Source: Pedobacter sp.
GTDB taxonomy: Bacteria > Desulfobacterota > Desulfuromonadia > Desulfuromonadales > Syntrophotaleaceae
DNA: 64,000 nt
Direction: 5' to 3'
Assembly (NCBI GenBank): GCA_050253415.1
Contig: JBFWJC010000001.1
Location: 1,448,679 to 1,512,678 of the forward strand
The notes under the pieces are model-generated. The model did not search any database. It had not been told where the DNA came from and worked only from the letters and a program-made list of their open reading frames with translations. The first letter of the stretch is position 1, and each line of letters starts with the position of its first letter. Below, piece by piece: positions 47,659-57,899 of this stretch. Position numbers and translations under genes: made by a program.

Positions 47659-49464
47659 TTATATGTTCAGAATGTTTGTTGTGATTTCCATGCTGTCCAA
47701 GCTATTAAGAATTTCTTGTTCATAACCAACCGCGCCAATGATTAAACAATCAAATTCTATATCATTTAATCTGTTGGGAGGAAAAACCTCGAATTGATTG
47801 AGAACCCTCTTGTTTTTTATTTTAAAATCTCTGTCGACGATGCAAACAACACTTTTTCTTAAAATATCAGAGCTGGTTAACAAAGCTATTGATTTGTCAG
47901 TGACTCCCCAAATAGCAACTCTTTTTCCTTCTGCTAGTTCTTTGGAAAAAAAATATTCAAGACTTGTATCTATAATATGTTTGTAAGTCTTTTTTGAAAT
48001 GAGTCTGGATGGTTGGGCATTAATTTTTTGAAAACAAGTTTTGCAACAAAAAGCCTCGGCCGAGTTTATATTTTTATATTCAAAAACGACACTTGGGAAA
48101 AAGTTTTTAGTGCCACAAGAAAGACACTCAGCGGAAATTGAATAGGACCCGTCTGTGTTGATTTGTTCTAAATCAATGCTACGGGTTAAACCAAGGAATT
48201 CGGAAGTAAGATATGTTAGTTTTCTTATGAGATCCGAAAATTCCTGATTATTTAATTTGGAAACGTTTACCAATGGACAACCGTTTTCAAGGTATTGAAG
48301 TTCGTCAGGTATGACCGATCGTTGAATTGCGCTTTTGTATAAATGGGTTCCAGGGAAAATTCTTATCATGGCCAAATTGATGCCATACTCTAAGTTCTTT
48401 AACCACCATCTAAGAGTTGTGTTAACTGTTTCAGTGGTTTCTTCAAGATCTCCAAAAATAAAATAGCCCTGAATGTAAAATCCGATCTTTCTGGTTAAAG
48501 ACAAGGCATTTTCAATTTGAGAGACAGTTATTTTCTTTTTCATGCTTTTTAATATCAGGTCGTCTGCACTTTCAAGCCCGAATCCAATGGATGTGCATCC
48601 GGCTTGTTTTAATTTTACAAGTAACTTCTCTGATATATTGTTAACGCGTAACTGAACGGAAAAAGTGACCTGGTATTTACTTATCCTCTCGCAAAATTCA
48701 ATAACCCTATCTTCGTCCGTGGCAAATAATTCATCTATGATCATCAAATGATCAATTGCATATTTTGATAAAACGGAGTCTATTTCTTCAAAAATGTTAT
48801 TTAAACTTCTTTGCCTATAAATGGAACCACTTGGATGATAGCAAAACGTACAATTGTACGGACAAGACCTGCTTGCAGTTATATTGACAGTCCTTTTTTC
48901 CTCGCCATTTACATTGACATAACCATTTGGGACCTGGATATATTGAAAGATTTCATAATCGGGAAAATGGATCGAATCTAAATTTTTTACTTCTGAACGA
49001 CTTTGGTTGACAATCAGTTTTTCATTTTCAAAGAAAGTCAGGCCATCGATGGTTTGAAAAGGTTTTCCGGTCTCCAAGGCCTCCGCAAGTTCACATATTG
49101 TTATTTCGCCCTGGCCGACAACGCCGAAGTCGGCACCAATATTTTCCATTACCAGTTGAGGCTGAGCTGTAATTAACCCGCCTCCAATGACAGTAATAAG
49201 GTCGCTTTTTATTTTTTTTGAGAGTTTTAAGGTGTTTTTGATCTCATTGTACTGATCCGACAACCCTCCAATACACAAAACATCAATCTTGTTATTAATA
49301 ATTGCATTTCTTAGTGATAACTCCAGGTTGTCTTCATAATTCAGATGAATACCAAATACGTTTCTGCCGGTTTTTTTTAAACTGGTTGCAACATATACAA
49401 TTCCAGGAGGTATCGTAAGAAATCCGAAAGAGTTATCACGTGGAACAACAAATAAAAAATTCAT
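47659..49464 (-). CDS. Cobalamin-dependent radical SAM protein with C-terminal CxxC/CxxC and Rossmann-like extension; strongly AT-rich
   Basis: GQGE, SRSCPYNCTFC, GLES; CLSC...CKTC; VAIWG...IVD; start 49464 or 49473. Confidence 0.9.
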   Translation of the reverse strand: MNFLFVVPRDNSFGFLTIPPGIVYVATSLKKTGRNVFGIHLNYEDNLELSLRNAIINNKIDVLCIGGLSDQYNEIKNTLKLSKKIKSDLITVIGGGLITAQPQLVMENIGADFGVVGQGEITICELAEALETGKPFQTIDGLTFFENEKLIVNQSRSEVKNLDSIHFPDYEIFQYIQVPNGYVNVNGEEKRTVNITASRSCPYNCTFCYHPSGSIYRQRSLNNIFEEIDSVLSKYAIDHLMIIDELFATDEDRVIEFCERISKYQVTFSVQLRVNNISEKLLVKLKQAGCTSIGFGLESADDLILKSMKKKITVSQIENALSLTRKIGFYIQGYFIFGDLEETTETVNTTLRWWLKNLEYGINLAMIRIFPGTHLYKSAIQRSVIPDELQYLENGCPLVNVSKLNNQEFSDLIRKLTYLTSEFLGLTRSIDLEQINTDGSYSISAECLSCGTKNFFPSVVFEYKNINSAEAFCCKTCFQKINAQPSRLISKKTYKHIIDTSLEYFFSKELAEGKRVAIWGVTDKSIALLTSSDILRKSVVCIVDRDFKIKNKRVLNQFEVFPPNRLNDIEFDCLIIGAVGYEQEILNSLDSMEITTNILNI

Positions 49465-49512
49465 GGAATGCACCTGGTAATTGTCTGTGCTATATCTTGA
49501 AAAAACGGGTAA

Positions 49513-50736
49513 TTAATATATGTTTATCATGTTGTATAACTTAAGTGTTTTACCGCCACCATGCCAGTTGGCTTCTACTTCTTTGCCGATTTCTTCTTGG
49601 TTAGCGTAACTGGATATTACTAAAAAAGCATTTGGATCTTTGATGTCATTAAGTATATTGGGACCATAAATATTTATGCCCCTCCAACTTTGACCTTGTT
49701 TCAAGGGGTCTTTATCAATAATAACGAACTCCCGTCCCGGAGAATTGAAAAGATTGGTCCAATGATAAAGAAACTCAGTATGCAATCCTCCGCCCCAAAT
49801 GACGATGCGCGCTATTTCCGGTACTTGATTTATGGAACTACAAACAGCCTCAACAGCTTTTGGGTAATGTTCCAGGTACTTTTCAATGGTCAAACAATCA
49901 TCTTGCGTGATATCAACCGTTTCTCTCATGTTTGATGGTCGGCATAGCACGCGGCATCCATTGTAGCCATTTTGTTCCAGTCTATCTTCGATGACCCAAC
50001 CCGCCCTTTGTAAGATATTACTCAAACTGGCTCGACTGAAGTGCGTCATATGTTGGACGGAAAAAAATCCGTTTATATCATTTGTAAACCCCTTTTCAAG
50101 TATGGGTACCTCAACAACCAATCGCGTCTTTTCGTTGGATTGGTTTCTCAGATTCTTTAGAGTTGAAAGAGGGTCGGGAAGATGTTCTAAAACATGAAAC
50201 ATAGTAATCGTATCGGGAATCATCGGTAGTTTTACCTGATTGAAGTCCCCCTGAATCAGCAGGACGTCCTTTCCTGCCAGATTTTTACGACCGCGTTCAA
50301 TGGCTGGTCCGTCAATGTCAACACCGATGCGTTTGACGGTATCGGGCATCATCGACAAGAAACGACCCTCAAAGCAGCCCACATCCAACAAACTACGATT
50401 CTGTTCCAACAGCTTGTTTTTACTCAGCCATTCAAGTTGTTCCTGGGCGCGACCGGCCGTCGCTCCATAGGAACAGCCCGCTTCCGCAAACAGGATTTCA
50501 AATCCCTGCAAAGAGTAGGCGGGATCAAGATACAGAGCGAAACACTTTTGGCACTGAACCTGTCGGATGTCGACGCGTTTGGGCTGGTCTGCACGATCAC
50601 TGAAGAACTGGAAGTCCGACATGGACAGTATTTCCCGCACCCGATCGGCGCCACACACCGGACAGTCCCTGTGTTCTACAAGTTTTGGGTCTGTATGGTT
50701 GCCACGGAAACAATCAATTGAATTCCAAGAAATCAT
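49513..50736 (-). CDS. Class I SAM methyltransferase, NDP-sugar C-methyltransferase-like layout
   Basis: CPVCG...CQKC; LLDVGC; HVLEH; C-terminal IVIWGGG...IDKDPLKQG. Confidence 0.85.
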   Translation of the reverse strand: MISWNSIDCFRGNHTDPKLVEHRDCPVCGADRVREILSMSDFQFFSDRADQPKRVDIRQVQCQKCFALYLDPAYSLQGFEILFAEAGCSYGATAGRAQEQLEWLSKNKLLEQNRSLLDVGCFEGRFLSMMPDTVKRIGVDIDGPAIERGRKNLAGKDVLLIQGDFNQVKLPMIPDTITMFHVLEHLPDPLSTLKNLRNQSNEKTRLVVEVPILEKGFTNDINGFFSVQHMTHFSRASLSNILQRAGWVIEDRLEQNGYNGCRVLCRPSNMRETVDITQDDCLTIEKYLEHYPKAVEAVCSSINQVPEIARIVIWGGGLHTEFLYHWTNLFNSPGREFVIIDKDPLKQGQSWRGINIYGPNILNDIKDPNAFLVISSYANQEEIGKEVEANWHGGGKTLKLYNMINIY

Positions 50737-51818
50737 GGAGTCTCCTGTTGATGCGGATTGGTGTCAGCTTTTTGCTTCTGACTCCGGAGTCTATCAATAA
50801 TCTGAAGGGCAATACGCTGCGCGCCTTTGCCGTCCACGAGCTCACAGGCCTTTTGCATTTTTTTACGCAACCTGGGGGCGTTTAATAGTTGCGTGACTGC
50901 TTCTGCCACGTGGTTTTCCGATAGCTGGCGGTAATCGCCCAGAGATACAGCCATTCCGGCATCGGCAAGTGCTCCGGCGGAGTGAGCGTGATCCTGTGTC
51001 AGCCCCAAGAGTACGGCCGGTACATTGAGTGCTGCCAGTTCGTAAGCAGTGCCTCCAAAAGCTGCAACAGCCAGATCGGTACCGGCCATTAACGACGGCA
51101 TGTCGCTGACGTCACGTAGAAACTCAAACTTGTCTGGAAGGCTGGGGCGCAGTTGTTCCAGAGCCTGGTCATGTAAAAAAGCGCGACCCAGCACCACGCG
51201 GGCATAAAAGGGTTCCTTGACTTGGCATAAGGCCTTCAATGCCAACAAGGTCAAGCCTCCGGGGTCGCTGCCGCCCATGGTGACCAGAATCGAAGGAATC
51301 GGGTTTTGCGGTGGCGCCCGTCTAATGCTGAATTCGCGTCGTAACAGCAGATAGTCCCAGCCGATAAATGCCTGGCCGGTAAAGCGACTCCAATCCGCCT
51401 TGGTCATCTGGGGTACCGGCGGATAAAAAGCCAGGTCTGCTGCCTGGCGGCGATCGCTGGGATCGTCGATGACCGCTACGGTTAATCCATCGTTGCGCCA
51501 GCGGGACAAGGCCGAGGCGGGCAGTGTAGTCCGAATATCCAGAATCAGCCCTTTAAAGGAGTACTTCTCGACGAGAGAGTGGATCCATTGGGCTTCTTCG
51601 ATGTTGTCAGGTTTTGTGAAAACCGGGAAATTTGCCTGTTCAACCAAGGCCTCTGCCACACCTGTGCCGATTATGGCGAACCCGGGTTGCACGCCGTAAG
51701 AATCACGCAGTTCACACGCCAAAGCCAGACAGCGGACTATATGGCCCAAACCAAGTTGGGGGGAACCGTCGCACCGAATCAGGATTTGCAGGTGATTTTG
51801 GGTTGTTGGAATGCCCAT
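50733..51818 (-). CDS. pseG: PseG/SpsG UDP-sugar hydrolase
   Basis: R.DG...G.GH..RCLALA, MGGSDP, G.T.YE. Confidence 0.88.
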   Translation of the reverse strand: MGIPTTQNHLQILIRCDGSPQLGLGHIVRCLALACELRDSYGVQPGFAIIGTGVAEALVEQANFPVFTKPDNIEEAQWIHSLVEKYSFKGLILDIRTTLPASALSRWRNDGLTVAVIDDPSDRRQAADLAFYPPVPQMTKADWSRFTGQAFIGWDYLLLRREFSIRRAPPQNPIPSILVTMGGSDPGGLTLLALKALCQVKEPFYARVVLGRAFLHDQALEQLRPSLPDKFEFLRDVSDMPSLMAGTDLAVAAFGGTAYELAALNVPAVLLGLTQDHAHSAGALADAGMAVSLGDYRQLSENHVAEAVTQLLNAPRLRKKMQKACELVDGKGAQRIALQIIDRLRSQKQKADTNPHQQETP

Positions 51819-51828
51819 CAGACCGCCG

Positions 51829-52545
51829 TTATCGGTTTTGATTCTTCAAAAATTGCAAAGCTTCTTCCAGGGAAACGATGTGTCCAGGTTTGTATAAATG
51901 AGCATACAGGGTCCGGAAAAATTCCAGGTCAGCCGCGGTGTCGATGGACAGCTTATACTCCCCCATAAAGGCCGGGTCGATATCAAACGGTACGGTTTTA
52001 AGTTCATCCATGTGATCGTAAGCATAAGCCGTGACATGTTCGTAGGTCCGTGGATTGTCCGGCGCAACCGTACGCGACCATTCCAGCGCCCGGCGCGAGA
52101 TGGGTCCGGCTCCCTGGTAGGCGGAAGGTCCGTTGCATGTTGGACGGATACAATCCGCATCCTGTTCCATAATCGCAGCCGTGCTTTGATCCATGAATTC
52201 GGGATCGAACAGGGGGGCGTCACCGCAAATGCGTATGATGTAATCGGCGTCGGCATCGTCAATAGCGAGGAAAAATCTTTGCATGACGTTATCCTCGGAG
52301 CCGCGTACTACCTTCAAACCCATTTTTTGCGCCAGTTCAACCAACGGATCATCGATCGGCTGGTCCGTGGTGGCGAGGTAGACCGCCTGCGCGCAGCGTA
52401 TCTGCAAAGCCCGCGCAATAATGTGATACATAAGCGGTTGCCCCATAATAGGTTCGAGCATTTTCCCCGGCAGCCGACTTGATCCCATGCGGGCCTGAAT
52501 GATGGCGATAACTTTTTTTGATTTACTGATATTGTTACCTGTCAT
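51829..52545 (-). CDS. SpsF/PseF-type nonulosonate cytidylyltransferase
   Basis: IIQARMGSSRLPGK, RGSEDNV, RICGD.P, EHVT. Confidence 0.88.
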   Translation of the reverse strand: MTGNNISKSKKVIAIIQARMGSSRLPGKMLEPIMGQPLMYHIIARALQIRCAQAVYLATTDQPIDDPLVELAQKMGLKVVRGSEDNVMQRFFLAIDDADADYIIRICGDAPLFDPEFMDQSTAAIMEQDADCIRPTCNGPSAYQGAGPISRRALEWSRTVAPDNPRTYEHVTAYAYDHMDELKTVPFDIDPAFMGEYKLSIDTAADLEFFRTLYAHLYKPGHIVSLEEALQFLKNQNR

Positions 52546-53474
52546 TAATCTATTCCCCAGAATCGCGGGTCGATAAGTGTTTCTTCGGTTGCGGCCAGCT
52601 CGCATGCTTCGGCACATTGACCGGTCGATAACGGACCCTGTCCAGCTATGGCCAGAGCTGTATGCAGTTCCTGCAGCGATGAAACTCCGACAAGTACGGA
52701 GCTCAGAGCCTCCTCTGCCAGACAAAATCGCAGGGCCGCCTCGGGTAAAGTCAGGGCATGACCTTCCGCCCAGTCGGCCGCTGTTGCGGCAAGATTCTTG
52801 AGTTTGTCCAATCGCGCCGGGAGATGCTGGCGGCGCGAGGTAAGAACCCCTTTTAAAAAGACCGACCGCCCGAGTACGGCGATGCCACGCTGTTTGGCAG
52901 CGGGCAGAACCTTGTCCGCCATGCGCTGATCCAGAAGATTGTAGGCGATCTGCAAGGTGGCGATGTCCGGATGCGTCAACGATGCCATTGCCGCCTCTTC
53001 TCCATAGACGGAAGCACCGATAGCGCCGATCTTGCCCTGGTCGCGGGCTTGCATCAGGATTTCCATCAGCGGCGAATCGAACAATTGGCAGGCGGTTGCG
53101 TTATGAATCTGCACCAGGTCAAGCCGTTCGCGGCCCAGATTGCGCAGGCTGCGCTCCAGGCTTTGCAGCACCGCATCGGGGGAGATGGCATCCTCGCCGA
53201 AGGGGCCGATCTTTGTAGCGATATGCACTCCGGCGTGACCTGTGGCGCGCAGGGCTTTGCCTACGAAGACTTCGCTCTCACCGTAGGCCGGCGCCGTATC
53301 CAGAAGGTTGATTCCGTTTTCCAGCGCAGTGCGAATGATGGCCTCGGCCTCGGCGGTTTGAGGACGATTGGCTTTACCGGGGGCGCCGATGCCGTATTCC
53401 ATGCCCAATTCGACGGTGCCCAGGGTAATACGGGAAACGCGCAAATCGGCTTGCGTGATTTCATGGTATTCCAT
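52545..53474 (-). CDS. Aldo/keto reductase
   Basis: LGTVELGMEYG, DTAPAYG.SE, GASVY, RSVFLKG. Confidence 0.9.
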   Translation of the reverse strand: MEYHEITQADLRVSRITLGTVELGMEYGIGAPGKANRPQTAEAEAIIRTALENGINLLDTAPAYGESEVFVGKALRATGHAGVHIATKIGPFGEDAISPDAVLQSLERSLRNLGRERLDLVQIHNATACQLFDSPLMEILMQARDQGKIGAIGASVYGEEAAMASLTHPDIATLQIAYNLLDQRMADKVLPAAKQRGIAVLGRSVFLKGVLTSRRQHLPARLDKLKNLAATAADWAEGHALTLPEAALRFCLAEEALSSVLVGVSSLQELHTALAIAGQGPLSTGQCAEACELAATEETLIDPRFWGID

Positions 53475-53479
53475 GGCGG

Positions 53480-54280
53480 TTACCATGCCGTCCAGCCGCC
53501 GTCTACCACGAGATTCTGCCCGGTTACCCAAGCCGATGCGTCCGAGGCAAGGAACAGCACCGCTCCTTTGAGATCGTCGCTACCGGCCATGCGTCCCAAA
53601 GGGGTTTTGGCGACGTACTGACTGATGAATTGCTCATCCTGGTTGTTGAACAGGCCTCCGGGGGTCAGGCAGTTTACCCTGATTTTTGGTGCCCAGAAAG
53701 TTGCCAGGTAGCGCGTCATCTGGATCAGAGCCGCTTTGGTCATTCCATAGACCAATGGACTGTTGGTGCCGGTCGATCCGTAGATCCGCTGATCGGGTGC
53801 CACCATGCCGTAAATACTGGATAGGTTGATCATGACGCCGCCATCGTTTTCCAGCATGTGCGGAGCGGTTGCCCGTGATATCAGCATGGTGCCGGTAATG
53901 TTGACCGCCAGTACCTGATTCCAGTCCTTGAGAGAAACCGTTTCGAACGATTCAAAGTGATTGCTGCAAGCATTGTTGACCAGAATATCCAGGCGGCCCG
54001 CGTCAGAGATAAGGGTGTCGACAACGGAAGAAATGCTTTGTTCGCTTTCCAGGTCGAGGGCCAGGCCACGAACATCCAGCCCTTGACCACGCAGCTTTTC
54101 AGCGGTCTGCTGTACATGGGCAAGGTTGCGTGACGTGATGAAAACCGTTGCACCTGCTTCTGCCAGGGCCTGGACAGCTTGCGATCCGTACCCGTTGCCG
54201 GTCCCACCGGTAACCAGCGCAACCCGGCCTTTAAGGCAGAACAGATCCTGGGTGTTTCTGGCTTGTTGCATTTCAGGCAT
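53480..54280 (-). CDS. SDR oxidoreductase (PtmA-like, nonulosonate-cluster type)
   Basis: SSIYGMVAPD..IY, YGMTK, PGG, GQNLVVDGG. Confidence 0.88.
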   Translation of the reverse strand: MPEMQQARNTQDLFCLKGRVALVTGGTGNGYGSQAVQALAEAGATVFITSRNLAHVQQTAEKLRGQGLDVRGLALDLESEQSISSVVDTLISDAGRLDILVNNACSNHFESFETVSLKDWNQVLAVNITGTMLISRATAPHMLENDGGVMINLSSIYGMVAPDQRIYGSTGTNSPLVYGMTKAALIQMTRYLATFWAPKIRVNCLTPGGLFNNQDEQFISQYVAKTPLGRMAGSDDLKGAVLFLASDASAWVTGQNLVVDGGWTAW

Positions 54281-55132
54281 GACCAAATCCTTTTCGCACA
54301 TGTTTGAAGGGTCGCAGCCCATCCGAGGGATCTGCCCGCCATTCGCGGTCCGGCAGTTCACTGGCGACCGGGCTTTTATGGCCGTCGCCGTCGGCGCACA
54401 AGCCCTGATCAATATTCCGGATAACCTCTTTCATCGGCTCAGGCAGCCAGCAGTGACCGGCAGTAAATTCCTCACCTTGACCGTCCAGGTCGAGATGAAA
54501 TTCGATCATGGAAGCCTGCCAGCGATTTACCGCTCGGTTGATTACGCCCGGGACTACGCTGTGATCGGACCAGCCGACCTTGCAGTCGAAGGTCTTGCGC
54601 AGGGTCTCCATGGCCGCCAGGTTGCATTCGGCGGCAGGGGAGGGGTAGCTTGAAACACAGTGCAGTAAGGTCAGGTCGCTGCATCCGGAAGCTTTCAGAC
54701 AGGTTACGGCAGCAGCGATTTCATCCATCGTGGCCATGCCCGTTGAAATAATTACGGGTTTCCCGGTGGCAGCACAGTCTTGCAGAAGATCGGTCCATAG
54801 CAGTTCGTAGGAGGCGATCTTGAAAAAATCGACATGCGGTTCCAGTACCTCGACCGCTTGCAAGTGAAACGGTGTGCAACCGAAGGCAATGCCGCGCTGT
54901 TGGCAGTGTTGTGCCAGTCGGGGGATAAATTCTTCGGGAAGTTCCCAGTTTCGGCGCTGGCGGTGCATTTCGCTTTTAGCCAGGATCTCTGGAGCAAAAA
55001 GCTCGTCAATGCGAAACAGTTGAAACTTTACCCCCCAGCACCCTATATCGGCCGAACGATCGATAAAGTTAAAGCATCGTTGCAAATCACGGTGATGGTT
55101 GCTGGAAACCTCGGAAATAAATAACGGTTTCG

Positions 55133-55136
<4 letters not shown>
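54273..55136 (-). CDS. pseI: Nonulosonic acid synthase (PseI/NeuB family), short form
   Basis: SEVSSNH, VKFQ, KIAS, STGM, LHCVSSYP, GWSDH, IEFH. Confidence 0.88.
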
Positions 55137-57336
<2,200 letters not shown>

Positions 57337-57379
57337 TTATCGGGTTTTACGGCATTATTAGCAATGCTTACGGTGTTAC

Positions 57380-57396
57380 TGCAAAAAAAAAGCCAG
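57380..57396 (-). promoter_or_regulatory. Putative sigma54 promoter of the pse operon with a T9 spacer
   Basis: Minus strand CTGGC-TTTTTTTTT-GCA, exactly GG-N10-GC. Confidence 0.6.
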
Positions 57397-57899
57397 AGAT
57401 TTCCAGAGAGGTGGTTTTATCGATGATTTAGACGTGATGATTCGTTTTTGAGATATTTTTTTTTGTATAAGACGACTTTCTTGCGGTTGTTTAATGTTTT
57501 GTGTTTTGTCGTCTTAAAAAATCCGACCGGAGAGTAACATAATCACATAATGAAACCGATTCGGATTGGAGGGAGATGCGTGCGAATCAGATCTTTTTAT
57601 TACCTGGTCAAATAATTGGCTGGCATGCAGGTCGGGGGTGTGAGGGCGTAATTGTCTCGTTAAGCATAGTCTGTTACCCCCCCTAAAAAAGTGCGTGGGG
57701 GGAAAAGGGCAAGGGGGATAGTTCCGGATGGCTTAAGGAGGATATTTATTTTTATATACAAATACAGTGAAGAGGGCCGTCAAAAATACGACAAATCGAT
57801 TTTCGAAAAATAATATTAAGGAGTTTATGGTGCTGTTTGGCTTGCAAACCGGATCTGCATCATGTTGCGGATGCTTCGCCAGTGATCATTCCTGTCTGA

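Noticed and set aside
57677..57718. C7/G6 runs and G-rich stretch as a G-quadruplex or switch
   Set aside because: Only three separated G tracts and no link to an identifiable promoter element
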